Shown piece by piece: positions 1-11,176 of a DNA stretch of 64,000 nucleotides. Below the pieces are notes generated by a model. That model was not told where the DNA came from. It did not search any database and saw only the letters and a list, made by a program, of their open reading frames with translations. The first letter of the stretch is position 1, and the number at the start of each line of letters is the position of its first letter. Source of the DNA: Candidatus Eremiobacteria bacterium (GTDB lineage: Bacteria; Vulcanimicrobiota; Vulcanimicrobiia; Vulcanimicrobiales; Vulcanimicrobiaceae). Where the stretch lies: positions 512,001 through 576,000 of the forward strand of contig CAVWUU010000004.1 in NCBI GenBank assembly GCA_963758295.1. Reading direction: 5' to 3'. Made by a program: the position numbers and the translations under genes.

Positions 1-1370
1 CCGCCGGCATCGGCTTGCCAAACGAGTTGTTCGTCGCGCGGATCGAACATCGTGAACGTGCCATCGCCCGAGCCGACACGCATCCACTGGCTCGAATTTA
101 CGCTGAACGCAAGCGGAACCGCAGCTCCGCACCAATTGCCGTTATCCTGTAAGCCGCCGCACACGCGATAGGCCAACCCGCGGGAGTAGCCGATATGGTA
201 CAGCTGCGAAATCGGCAGCACTTTCTGCCATTGCCACGTTTCGCCGCCGTCGAACGAGAAGTTCACGCCGCCGTCGTCGCCTTCGATCACGCGTTTGCCG
301 TCGGCCGAGATCCACATCGCATGGTGGTCGCCGTGCGTCCCGCGGCCGGTAATCTTGAAATGTCTGCCGCCGTCGGTGCTCACCGTCATGTGGACCGATT
401 CCGCGAAGACGCGGTCGGCGTTCGCCGGATCGGCGAAAATTTTGCTGTAGTAAAACGGCCGCTCGTCGATCAGCGGATCGCTTGTGACGAGCGCCCACTG
501 TGCGCCGCCGTCATCGGACCGCCACAAAAAGCCGTTCTTCGTTTCGATAAGGGCGTAAATGCGCTGCGGATTTGCCGGCGAGATGGCGATGGCAACGCGT
601 CCGCGTTCTTCGGCCGGGAGCCCGTGGCCGGTGAGTTGCGTCCACGTTGCCCCGCCGTCGGTGGAGCGATAGACGCCGTCTTTGCCGCCGCCGCTTTCCA
701 AGCTCCAGCCGGTGCGCCGGAACTGCCACATGCCTGCGTATAACAACGCGGGATTTCTCGGATCGGCTACGAGATCCGAAGCGCCGGTTTTATCGTCGAC
801 GTAAAGCGTCTTCTTCCACGTTGCGCCGCCGTCCGTCGTGCGATACACGCCGCGTTCGCTAGAATCGGCAAACGGGTCGCCGAGGACCGCAACCACGACG
901 TGTTTGGAATCGTGAGGATCGATAAAGATGCGACTTACGAGCGAGTTACGGACCGGCAAAACTTTCGTCCAATGCGCTCCGCCGTCGCTCGTACGATAAA
1001 TACCGTCGCCTTGCGTAACGTCGTTACGCGGATTCGATTCGCCGGTTCCCACCCAGACGGTTTGTTCGTTTTGCGGATCGATCGCGATGGCGCCGATCGA
1101 CGCTACGTCTTCATCGTCGAACACCGGCGTCCACGTCGTGCCGTTGTCCTTCGTCTTCCACAATCCACCGCCGGCTGCACCAACGTAGTACAACGACGAA
1201 TCGGAATCCGTTCCAGCGACTGCTCCGGCACGTCCGCCGGAAATCGCCGGACCGATGGATCGCCACTGCACGCCGGCAGCCGCGTCGTTTCCGGATGCGC
1301 GCGCGGGCAGTGAGCCGACCGTGGTGCCTGCAGCAAAGAATAAAGCTGCTGCTACAAAATGAAGACGCAT
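1..1370 (-). CDS. Secreted BNR/Asp-box (VPS10/sortilin-like) beta-propeller glycosyl hydrolase-like protein, 3' end runs off the window
   Basis: Manual translation from ATG 1370: signal peptide MRLHFVAAALFFAAG, then QWRSIGPAISGGR, GGLWKTKDNGTTW, GDGIYRTSDGGAHW (Asp-box repeats). The same frame still reads protein-like at the left edge. Confidence 0.8.
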   Translation of the reverse strand, partial: MRLHFVAAALFFAAGTTVGSLPARASGNDAAAGVQWRSIGPAISGGRAGAVAGTDSDSSLYYVGAAGGGLWKTKDNGTTWTPVFDDEDVASIGAIAIDPQNEQTVWVGTGESNPRNDVTQGDGIYRTSDGGAHWTKVLPVRNSLVSRIFIDPHDSKHVVVAVLGDPFADSSERGVYRTTDGGATWKKTLYVDDKTGASDLVADPRNPALLYAGMWQFRRTGWSLESGGGKDGVYRSTDGGATWTQLTGHGLPAEERGRVAIAISPANPQRIYALIETKNGFLWRSDDGGAQWALVTSDPLIDERPFYYSKIFADPANADRVFAESVHMTVSTDGGRHFKITGRGTHGDHHAMWISADGKRVIEGDDGGVNFSFDGGETWQWQKVLPISQLYHIGYSRGLAYRVCGGLQDNGNWCGAAVPLAFSVNSSQWMRVGSGDGTFTMFDPRDEQLVWQADAG

Positions 1371-1378
1371 AAGGGGGT

Positions 1379-1972
1379 TTACGGCGGCGCGGGAACCTGA
1401 CCTTTACCGGTGAGGCGGCTCAGGAAAAACGCAATTTCGTCTCCCGCCCATTTCAAGCGTGGCGCAAGCCAGCGCTTTTGCGCGTGACAGCTCACTTCGC
1501 CCAGCTCGAGAACGAGCGCACCTCTCCGAGCCCGTACCTGGCGAAATCCGTAGTAATCGCGCAAGCCCTTCGTGAAATTGTCCGGTTGGAACGCGAAGGG
1601 AAACGCCGCACCGTAGAGTGCATGCCATTCTTTAGCGGCGGCGGCGTCGGAAGCGTGATGGTAACCCACCGACGCACCGCTCGAGCACGGAACCGTCGAG
1701 CCGTCGAAGTGGATGAACACGGCAGCGTCCGTGTCGTACGTGCCCGGGAAGTCGGCGGGCAGGCGCGCGACGGTAACGCCGTGAGCACGCAGCATCCGCG
1801 TCGCTTCGTCCGCAACGACCGGCGTCCACTGACGCTCGCCCGCGGCTCCGAGATTGCACTTGCGCCCGGGGTAATGGGCGCACGAAGCCGGGCGGCCTTC
1901 GTGCCCGGCCGAGATTACCACATCGACGTGCGTAACGGCAGTTGTGGCCGCAAGAACCACTGCCGCGATCAC
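1379..1972 (-). CDS. N-acetylmuramoyl-L-alanine amidase (Amidase_3)-like secreted protein
   Basis: VVISAGHEG, GAAGE, VFIHFDG and VLELG motifs match the Zn-amidase H/E/H/E pattern; signal peptide present. Confidence 0.7.
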   Translation of the reverse strand: MIAAVVLAATTAVTHVDVVISAGHEGRPASCAHYPGRKCNLGAAGERQWTPVVADEATRMLRAHGVTVARLPADFPGTYDTDAAVFIHFDGSTVPCSSGASVGYHHASDAAAAKEWHALYGAAFPFAFQPDNFTKGLRDYYGFRQVRARRGALVLELGEVSCHAQKRWLAPRLKWAGDEIAFFLSRLTGKGQVPAPP

Positions 1973-4810
1973 TGCATCACTAGTTCGGTGAGCGCGCGCG
2001 ACGGTTCTACTTGCAACTCTGCCTGAAGCGTTTCTCGATACGCCCGATACTGCCGTATGGCAGCGGCGCGATCACCTTCTTGCAAATGCGCGCGAATCGC
2101 GATTTCTCGAGCCGTTTCGTCGCATGCGTCGAGCGTGATGAGATGGGTTGCAACCGCCAACGCAAACTCCGTTTCCCCTCGCTGCAACGCGTCGAGCGCG
2201 AGGCGGTGAGCAAGCTCGGTACGCAATTCGCGCAAACGACGTTCGACGGGCTCGAACCATTCCCAATTGTCCCTCGCCGACGGTCTTGCTTCACACAGCA
2301 TCGTCCAAACGCGCCGCAGGGCGCTTCGTTGCGCCTCGGTCAGAACGTCCCGCATGCGAACGCCGCCGGCAATTCGCTCGATTTCCCACAAATCGACCGA
2401 TGCGTCGGCATGCAACGCGTACCCGTCGTCCTGCTTGACAATGAGATCCCGGCGGCCCAAATGACCGCGTGCGCGGTGGAGACACACGCTAAGTGCATTG
2501 AGTGCAGCTGCCGTGTCCAAGTCGGGCCACAGCATCGAAGCCAAACGCGATCGCGAAGTTGCTTCGCGCCGAAGTCCCAGTGCGAGCACAAGTTCGAGTT
2601 CGCGGCCGCTGATTGGCGCGGGCTTCCCTTCCACTTCAACGGTCGCCGTTGTGAAGCGGACGCAAATCGACGGCGCAATATTCTGATGTTCGTCGCTCAG
2701 GTATCGGACGAACGCCGCCAGGATTCCAGCATCTCGATCCGCTGCAATCGCCGCGATGGATTCGTGCAGCTCGGGCGATTCACACCGAGCGGCCGCGTCC
2801 TGCGCAATGGCAAGAAATTCCTCACGCCGGTCGCCATCGATAAGCGCAACGGCAACGGCCGATATCGCGACCAAGAACGGTTTGTGCGTGCGTTGCGCCG
2901 TTCGCAAGGCCGCATGAGCGGCGTGCGCGCGACTCGCTTCATCGGGCGTACTGCCGAGCGAAATTAGAGCACCGAACGTCGCGTAGGTGGGAATATCGCG
3001 GTCCGAAGGCTGCGCGCGCCGCCCTTGAGAAACCGCCGCAAGATACGCGAAGCCATGGATGGCGTACTTCGTAACGACCTCGTCGAGCTTCGATGCATAC
3101 GAAGCCGCAAGCTCTGCTTCACCGGCGAACCATGCGCCCACAAAGGCTTCGGCGTAGTCGAATGCGATGAAATTTGGTAACCGGGTGCGGCGCGCGCGTT
3201 CGAGCGCCCGTTCGATGAAGTGCCGTTCCACCGCACGCTCGCCGCGTACGCGGGCTATGTCGGCGCCGAGCGATAGAAACGTTCCCGAAGCCATTACGTC
3301 GATTTCTTCAATGAACGGCAGCGCGGAATGCAACGCGCGTCTCTGCTTCGGCAAGACGCCCGATACGGGATTGGAGCAAGCCACGGATGTAGAGCAGATA
3401 CGCGCCGAAAAGTTCGTTTAGCGAATCCGTGGCCTGCATCTCTTGCATGAACTCATTGAGGATCGCGAGCGCTTGATCGAAGAGTCCGAGATAGCTCATC
3501 AGCAGCACGCGAAGCACGAAGATGAGATACGTTTCTGCCGGTTTCGTTGCCGAAAGCGTGCGCCACAACGACTCCGCTTCGTCCAGCAGCGTCTCCGTCT
3601 TCACGATAAAGAGGCGGCCGATGGCCGTCATCGCCCACAAGCGGGGGTACCGCTGCACGAGCACGGGATCCAAGGCTGCGAGAACGCGGCCGTACGCATC
3701 GGGTGCCGTTCGGTCTCGCAACACCTGGTGCTGTGCGAGCGTCCGCGCGGCGCTCGCCTGATCGCCGGCCGCGAGCATCAGCTCCGCTCCTCGACAGTAA
3801 TCCTTTTCACGTTCCCGCAACGCGGCTAAACTTCGCAGTAACGTTATACGGCGCGGTCCTTGATGTTCCAAGAGCAACGACGCGAGCAGCGGATTAACGG
3901 TAAATTCGCCGTCGGCGCTGCGCGAGATAAACGGTGATTGTTTCGCGCGTTCCGTGAGATCTTCGATCTGTTCTTCGCTGATTTGCGCAGCGCGCAGATC
4001 GAACTCGGACGCATGAGGCGTCGCAGCACAAACGAAGAGCGCGTCGCGCGTGCCTTCATCGATGCTCGATAGCACTTGATCTTGCAAGTAATCGTGCAAT
4101 TCGGCAAAGGCGATATCATCGAGACGGTCGAGCAATGACGCGACCCGTCCCTCGGTTGCGAAGCGCCGCAACAGCAAGACGGCAATTGGCCAGCCAAGCG
4201 AAACTTGTTTGATTCTTGCGAGCGACTCCGCTTCGTCGATGGCGCCCGCGAAAATCGAACGCATCTCATCATCGTCAAAGGCGAGATCCTCGGCGCGCAA
4301 TACCAGAATTTCATGCGGCGCCGCGTATCGCGTGAGCGAGATGCGGAACGGCTCACGGGTGCAGACGACTAGGCGCCGTTCCGGCGGCCGGTTCGCGAAA
4401 AGCCGCGCGAAGAATTCGCGCGCGATGGGGATATTGGCGAGATGCTCGGCGTTTTCGAAAATTACGGTTCCCGGCACCGGCTCGCGCCATTTCTCGAGCG
4501 CTAGATTAAGGCGCTCCGCCACCGAGAGCGCGCCGTCGTGGAGAATCGCTTCTCCGTCGGGCGAGGGACCGCTTGTACGCAGTTCGCGCAAGGCGTCGAT
4601 CAGCCGGCGGGCTACATCTAGATCGTCGCGGATGTCTCGGCAATTGCAAATCGCAACCGGCCCGGCATCGTCGGGAAGCTGGCGAACGAAGACGCTTTTT
4701 CCGTAGCCGGCCGGGGCCAAGAGCACAAGTACCTTCGGCCGGACCCGTAAGACACGGTCCAGCAGGCGGGTGCGAAGCAGATCCAACGGCTCGGCCGGAG
4801 AAACGGTCAT
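1969..4810 (-). CDS. Large MalT/SARP-like transcriptional regulator (P-loop NTPase, helical repeats, winged HTH, BTAD); one indel near 3335
   Basis: ORF 3308-4810 has Walker A APAGYGKS and GWP. ORF 1969-3384 has LASMLWPD...LHRAR (wHTH) and the BTAD end AIRQYRAYRETLQAELQVEPS. The two frames overlap at about 3308-3384. Confidence 0.75.
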
Positions 4811-4848
4811 GCTTAAGTCGTACCTTCACCGCATAGCGCCCCAGACCA

Positions 4849-4887
4849 TGTAATCCATTTGTAAGCAAGCTGTAAGTAGTCCGTAAG
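4849..4887. promoter_or_regulatory. Four direct repeats YGTAA(G/T) with exact 11-bp period; candidate winged-helix (SARP/OmpR-type) operator
   Basis: TGTAAT 4849, TGTAAG 4860, TGTAAG 4871, CGTAAG 4882, between the divergent BTAD regulator and LuxR genes. Confidence 0.55.
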
Positions 4888-4918
4888 GCTCAGGAAAGTC
4901 TTTTGTCCTACACTCAGC

Positions 4919-5425
4919 TTGCCAGCCGAGCCAACGGGAAGGCAATTGGACCAAATGGGTGCTCTTTATTTTCAACAGCCGGCCGCTGTCTATGTAGCCG
5001 GCGATGACGCTATTGTCCGAGATGCGATCGCACGGCTTTTAGCCCTCGATCCGCAGTTCTTTGTGACCGACGCCGGGTCGGGCAGCCGCATCGGCGACGG
5101 CGTGATCGTAGACTTGGGTCTTCTCGAAGACTTGCAAGACGTTTCCGTCCGGGACTTCATCAAAATGGTGAAGTCGATGGCCGGCTCGCCGCCTCTACGT
5201 CATCTGCGGGCGGTGCCGAACGACGACATGCGCCAACTGCTCTCCGAACGCGAGATGCAAGTCGTAAGACTCGTCGCCGAGGGTCTTTCAAATAAGGAAA
5301 TCAGCGCGCGTCTCGAGCTTTCGGACAAGACGGTGAAAAATCACATCTCGCACATCTTGGCCAAGCTGAACCTTTCAGCTCGCACGCAGGTGGCGGTCCA
5401 CGCTTTGCGAGCGGGAATCGCGTAA
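4919..5425 (+). CDS. LuxR/NarL-type HTH transcription factor with degenerate N-terminal domain
   Basis: LSEREMQVVRLVAEGLSNKEISARLELSDKTVKNHISHILAKL. Confidence 0.85.
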   Translation: MPAEPTGRQLDQMGALYFQQPAAVYVAGDDAIVRDAIARLLALDPQFFVTDAGSGSRIGDGVIVDLGLLEDLQDVSVRDFIKMVKSMAGSPPLRHLRAVPNDDMRQLLSEREMQVVRLVAEGLSNKEISARLELSDKTVKNHISHILAKLNLSARTQVAVHALRAGIA

Positions 5426-5938
5426 GAGCCTTACCGCACCGCTGGTGAAGTCATATACGAGGGCGCCCGTCAACGGCGTTCTCGTTGCTTTCTCGGCCGC
5501 CGCACGGATATGGCGTAGCGCTTCCAGTCGCCGGCCGTCTGCGGGTAACCGGCGAAAGACCAGGGCGTAGTTGTGCCCGCGACGATTCCTAACGATGCAA
5601 TCAAAAGGCGCCGCCTGTGTTCCGATGGCCATGACGTCGTGCAGCCGGAGCGCGGCCAGCCGCGACGAGAGCCTTCCATCGATAAAACGCCGCAATTCAC
5701 GAACGATGCGATCGCGTTCCGCAAAGAGCAACGATGGGCGGATGCCGTTCGGCGCTTCCGTTCCCACCGCGTGCTCGAATCGGACCAGCGCGTTATCCAC
5801 AAGTGCCCTCGGCGTTATGCGTCCGCGTTCGAGCGCAGAGAGCACGGCGTTACGCATGGAGCGTTCGGCTAAGCGAGGCAAGCGGTTTGCGGCGAGCAGT
5901 GGGTCCATCACCATCAGGGTAACGACTCGTCGTGCCAT
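5375..5938 (-). CDS. Hypothetical protein
   Basis: Open frame with protein-like composition, divergent from the TM0106 gene; start codon uncertain. Confidence 0.45.
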   Translation of the reverse strand: MARRVVTLMVMDPLLAANRLPRLAERSMRNAVLSALERGRITPRALVDNALVRFEHAVGTEAPNGIRPSLLFAERDRIVRELRRFIDGRLSSRLAALRLHDVMAIGTQAAPFDCIVRNRRGHNYALVFRRLPADGRRLEALRHIRAAAEKATRTPLTGALVYDFTSGAVRLLRDSRSQSVDRHLRAS

Positions 5939-5971
5939 GGGTATGGCACGGTGTTGAGCGAAGATTAGACC

Positions 5972-8900
5972 ATGCAGCGCATCGACGACCGCTTCATCTT
6001 CTCCGCAACCGATTTGAACAACGCGCTCGAGTGCGCGCATCTCATCGAGCTAGAACGCCTCGTCGCGCTCGGGCGCGCGAGAGCGGCCCGCTGCGACGCC
6101 GGCCACAGAGTTGCTCGCGCGCAAGGGACTCGATCACGAACTTCATCAGCTCGAGGCGTATCGCGCCCGTTTTGGAAGCGCGCTCGTAGAGTTCGACCCA
6201 AAACTGGAGTGGGGCACCGACGCGTTTCATGCCGCCGAAGGGCGCACCGTCGACGCCATGGCCGCCGGCGCGCCGCTCATCTATCAAGCGACGTTCTTCG
6301 ACGGCAAGTGGCTCGGCCGGACCGACTTCTTACGACGCGTCGATCGTCCGTCGGCGCGCTGGGGCTGGAGCTACGAGGTCATCGACACGAAGCTCGCGCT
6401 CAATCCGAAGCCGTACTATTTGATTCAGCTTGCGAATTACAGCGAACACGTCGCGCGCGTCCAAGGAACGATGCCGCGAGAGATGCACGTCGTGCTCGGA
6501 AGCGGCGCAGAGCGCTCGTTCCGCGTTGACGACTTCTCCGCGTACTACCGTTCGCTGAAAACGCGGTTCCTCGAACGCATGGCCGAAGCCAATGTCGCGA
6601 CATACCCGCTCGAAACGGGGCATTGCACGGTCTGCCGCTGGAACGCGCAGTGTTCGAAGAAACGCAGCGACGACGATCATCTCTCGCTCGTTGCCGGCAT
6701 GCGCAAAGACCAGATTCCAAAACTGGAAACTGGCGGCATCGCAACGATGGCGCAACTTGCCGGCGCGAACGACGGAATGCGGCCGTTCGGCATGGCGGAG
6801 CACTCTTTCGAGAAGCTGCGCGCCCAGGCGGCATTGCAACATCGCGCTCGCGTTGAGGGCGGCAACTTCTACGAACTCTTAGAGCAAGAGTCCGGCACGG
6901 GCTTCGAACTACTGCCGGCGCCCGACGAAGGCGACGTCTTCTTTGATATGGAGGGTGACCCGCTCTACGCGCCCGATCACGGCCTGGAATATCTTTTCGG
7001 CGCCTACTGCCCGTCCGAGGGCTCGTACGTTACCTTCTGGGCGCGCAGCGACCGGGACGAAAAAGCCGCCTTCGAAGCGTTCATGGATTTCATCGTCGAA
7101 CGGCGACGGCGCTTTCCGGCGATGCACGTGTACCATTATGCGAACTACGAACAAGCCGCGATGCGACGGCTTATGGGGCATTACGGAACCCGCGAGGCGG
7201 AACTCGATACGCTCTTGCGCGGCGAAGTCTTCGTCGATCTGTACACCGTCGCGCGGCAAAGCCTTCGCATTTCGCAGCCGAGCTACTCAATCAAGAAGTT
7301 CGAGGCGTTTTACGGCATGAAACGCAATACCGACGTAAAACGCGGCGACGATTCCATCGTCATGTTCGAGACGTGGCTCTTCACGAAAGACGATTCCATT
7401 CTCGAAGACATCGAGCGCTACAACGAAGACGACTGCCGTTCGACGTACCTGCTTCGTGAGTGGATTTTGGCCCGGCGCGCCGAGTACGCCGAGGCCCACG
7501 AAGTCTCGTGGTTCGAACAGCAGCGGGAGCCAGTCGAAGAGACGTCGTCTTCCGAAGAGCTCGTCGCGACACTGCTTGCGGGTTTCGAACCGCCCCTCTC
7601 GTTACGTTCGTTGCGTGCGCAGCCGCCGGCCATCCGTTCGCGCTGGCTTCTCGCACATTTGCTCGACTATGACCGGCGCGAAGCCAAACCGGCATGGTGG
7701 CAGCTTTTCGATCGCTGCAAGAACGTCGATCGCCTTCTCGAGTTCGATCACGAGTCGATCGGCGGCATGGAGTTGCGCGTGGAAGTCGCGCCGGAAAGAG
7801 CGAAGAAGTCGTTCATTTACACCTACAGCTATCCGGAGCAGACGCATCATTTAGACGGCGAAGTCTGGTGCCCGTACGTGGAGAAGCGCGCCGGCACCAT
7901 CGTTTCGATCGATGACGAAGCGCGGCGGGTGCGAATCAAGTTGAGCGGCTCTATCGTGCCTGAAGATCTCCGCGCCGTTATTCCCGGCGGCCCCATTTTG
8001 AATAAAGAACAGAGCAAAACGCTCCGGCGAATCGCGCAAGCGTTCTTAGACGAAACCCTTCAGACTCGGTGGCCGGCGACGCAGGCGCTGCTCTTGGCGG
8101 AGCCGCAGCGCGTTCGCACGCAATCAACTGCGGAAGCGGTCGCAAATCTGGACGGAAGCTATCTCTTCGTCCAGGGTCCGCCCGGTTCCGGAAAAAGCAC
8201 GACCGGGGCGTCGGTCATCGTCGATGCGCTTGCTGCCGGTAAGCGTGTCGGCATCGTCGCGAAGGGTCACAAAGCCATCAACCATCTTCTGCACAAAGTC
8301 GAAGAGGCAGCGGCCGAACGCGGCGTCACGTTTAGCGGACTGAAGAAAGCGACATCTACTAACGAAGATTCCTTTTACCAATCGGCTTTGCAACAGCCGT
8401 TTGTTACGAGCGTTACCGACAACGAGCCCTTCGTAGACGAACCGCATCAACTCGCCGCCGGGACCCCGTGGCTCTTCGCGCGCGAGCAACTCGCCGGCGC
8501 TTACGACTTGCTCTTCGTAGATGAAGCCGGCCAAATCGCGCTGGCCGACGCCCTGGCGTGTTCGGTCGCCGCGCGCAACATCGTCTTGCTCGGCGATCCG
8601 TTGCAACTGGCGCAAGTTTCCCAAGGCTCCCACCCGGTCGGCACGGATCTTTCAATTCTGGAACACGTCCTCGGCGATCGAGAAACGGTGCCCCCCGAGC
8701 GCGGAATTTTTCTTGAATGTTCCTACCGCATGCATCCCGAGATTTGCGCCTTCATCTCCGAGCACGTTTACGAAGGACGCTTACAAGCCGCTTCTAATAC
8801 GGTTCATAATGCCGTTACGATCCACGATCGCCGCTTTACCGGGCTGGAATGGATTCCGGTCACGCACGAGGGCAACAGGCGGGCTTCCGAAGAGGAAGCA

Positions 8901-9377
8901 CGCGCGATCGGCAATGCGATAGGCACGTTACTCGAGGGTTCGGTTACCGTTCGCAACAGCGAACGAACCTTGACATTGGAAGACATCATCGTGGTGTCAC
9001 CCTATAACGCACAGCGCGTCCTGTTGCGCAAAACCCTTGCGTCGATGGGCTATCAAGACGTCCGCATCGGAACGGTCGACAAATTCCAGGGTCAAGAAGC
9101 GCCGGTAGTCTTTTATTCGATGGCAACGTCGAGCGGCGATCATATCCCGCGCGACGTCGCATTTCTCTTCGAAAAGAACCGTTTTAACGTAGCATTATCG
9201 CGTGCGCAGTGCGTAAGCATTCTCGTGTGTTCGCCGGAGCTGCTGGCCGTGCGCTGTTCGTCGCCGGAACAAATGGCCATGGTGAACCTGCTCTGCGCAT
9301 TTACTGAAACGGCGTCGGTCGCACTGTCGCACGTCGCTGCGTCTACTCAAACAATCGAGCGAAGTGCCGCTTCGTAG
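5972..9377 (+). CDS. TM0106 family RecB-like nuclease / RNase H-like / SF1 (Dna2/Nam7-like) helicase fusion; one indel near 6080
   Basis: N-terminus FSATDLNNALEC, GRTDFL..YEVIDTKLA nuclease motif, CxxC..C, FFDMEGDP, YNEDDC, QGPPGSGKS, VDEAGQ, GTVDKFQGQE, NVALSRA. Confidence 0.85.
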
Positions 9378-9479
9378 GACGATTAGGTGAAGTAGCGCAA
9401 CGTCGCCTGCATTCACTATTGAGCGACCTCCGCTTAAGCGTTCGCCCGTAACGCCGAAACGGTGCTTTGAAAAACGGGT

Positions 9480-9869
9480 ATGCCTACGGACATCATGGAC
9501 AACAACTATAACGCCACCACTTACGACAAAGCTCGCCAAGCAACTGACTCGATTTCCGGATCGATCGAGCGCGGCACGGATACGCCGATCGGACGAATGG
9601 CGCAAGGCATCAGCGAGTCCAACGAACAGCACGATGCGCGCGAACCGATGAACTCGACGATGCGCACGGTCTTGTTGTCCGGGGCCGGCATGGCCATCGC
9701 GGCGTCGCTCGCCATGCAGCTCATGGGACGTAAGCATGAAGCACTGTTCTTTGGACAGTGGGCGCCTACGATGCTGACGATCGCGCTATGGTATCAGTTG
9801 GTCAAAGGCCAGCAGGGCCACGTTCACGGACGGTCACAACCTACGCTGGACCCATCTTTATACCGATAG
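9480..9869 (+). CDS. Small membrane protein of unknown function
   Basis: Hydrophobic segments around GRKHEALFFGQWAPT; followed by a terminator. Confidence 0.65.
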   Translation: MPTDIMDNNYNATTYDKARQATDSISGSIERGTDTPIGRMAQGISESNEQHDAREPMNSTMRTVLLSGAGMAIAASLAMQLMGRKHEALFFGQWAPTMLTIALWYQLVKGQQGHVHGRSQPTLDPSLYR

Positions 9870-9889
9870 GTGCGAACGCTTCACAATCG

Positions 9890-9923
9890 AGGGCCGGGCT
9901 TGCAACCCGGCCCTTCTCTTTTT
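9890..9923 (+). terminator. Intrinsic terminator
   Basis: AGGGCCGGG-cttgcaa-CCCGGCCCT followed by TCTCTTTTT. Confidence 0.75.
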
Positions 9924-9953
9924 CGGTCCATCGCAATAGCAAGGAGCTTCACC

Positions 9954-10655
9954 GTGTCCGTTTCGCCGATCGTCGAGCTGCGCCAATATACTTTGCATGC
10001 CGGCCGCCGCGATGAGTTGATCGAATTATTCGAGCGCGAGTTCATTGAACCGCAAGAAGCGGTGGGCGTAACGCTGATCGGGCAGTTTCGCGATCTCGAC
10101 AAGCCGGACCGATTCGTTTGGATACGCGGTTTTAAAAACATGACGGCTCGCGAAGCAGCGCTACGATCGTTTTACGGCGGACCGGTGTGGAAAGCACATC
10201 GAGAGGCGGCGAACGCCACAATGGTCGACTCGGACAACGTTCTCCTTCTCCGTCCGGCGAACGCGGAACAAGCGCTTACGCCATCCGCGAATGGTGCGTT
10301 GGGCGGCCTCATTGTCGCGAGCATCTACTACATCGATGCGACGCATGAGCGAGACGTCGTTGCAACCTTCGACCGCTTGATCCGACCGGCATTGGAAGAA
10401 ACCGGCGCAACGGTTCTGCCGTCGCTCGTGACCGAAGGGAGCGAAAATACGTTTCCGGCGCTTCCCGTACGAGAGAACGAGCACGTCTTTGTGACGATGT
10501 CGCGCTTTGATAGCGAAGGCGCATACGAACAGCATGTGGCATTGCGTGCCGCCTCTGCCGCATGTCACGAAGCGTCGCAGCACCTTGCCGGGTTCTTACT
10601 CCGGCCAATCGAAACAGTGCGCCTAGCGCCGACCGCGCATTCCCGCCTACGATAA
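9954..10655 (+). CDS. NIPSNAP family protein (two domains)
   Basis: IVELRQYTLHAGRRDELIELFE, GQFRDLDKPDRFVW, FYGGPVW; AAGGAG SD before GTG 9954. Confidence 0.85.
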   Translation: MSVSPIVELRQYTLHAGRRDELIELFEREFIEPQEAVGVTLIGQFRDLDKPDRFVWIRGFKNMTAREAALRSFYGGPVWKAHREAANATMVDSDNVLLLRPANAEQALTPSANGALGGLIVASIYYIDATHERDVVATFDRLIRPALEETGATVLPSLVTEGSENTFPALPVRENEHVFVTMSRFDSEGAYEQHVALRAASAACHEASQHLAGFLLRPIETVRLAPTAHSRLR

Positions 10656-10666
10656 GGAGAACGATC

Positions 10667-11158
10667 GTGTCAAAACACGTTGCCGAAATTTACTGGGAAC
10701 GCGGCGAAAGCGTGTTCTCCGACAATCGATACAGCCGCGGACACCACTGGAGTTTCGATGGGGGCGCCGTCGTCAGAGCGTCAAGCTCACCGGACGTCGT
10801 TCGCCTTCCGTTTTCCGATCCGGCCGGCGTGGATCCCGAAGAAGCACTCGTGGCCTCGATTTCGAGTTGCCATATGCTCGTGTTCTTGAGCCTTGCTGCT
10901 AGAGCCGGTTTCGTCGTCGATTCGTACAAAGATTCAGCGGTCGGCGAAATCGACAAGAACGTGGCCGGGAAGCCGTGGGTCGCCCGCGTCGTTCTCCATC
11001 CGCACATCACGTTCTCCGGCGCCAGGGTCCCGACGGACGAAGCCATCGAGCAGCTCCATCATGCGTCGCATGAAGATTGCTTCATCGCGCACTCCGTGCT
11101 AACGGCGATTTTCGTTGAGGGAACCTGGACGCACGCGGCGGCGGCCGCATCTCACTGA
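10667..11158 (+). CDS. OsmC/Ohr family protein
   Basis: YSRGH, VDPEEALVASISSCHML, HEDCFIAHS (two Cys); AAGGAG SD. Confidence 0.85.
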   Translation: MSKHVAEIYWERGESVFSDNRYSRGHHWSFDGGAVVRASSSPDVVRLPFSDPAGVDPEEALVASISSCHMLVFLSLAARAGFVVDSYKDSAVGEIDKNVAGKPWVARVVLHPHITFSGARVPTDEAIEQLHHASHEDCFIAHSVLTAIFVEGTWTHAAAAASH

Positions 11159-11176
11159 CGAACGCTGCAAAACCCT

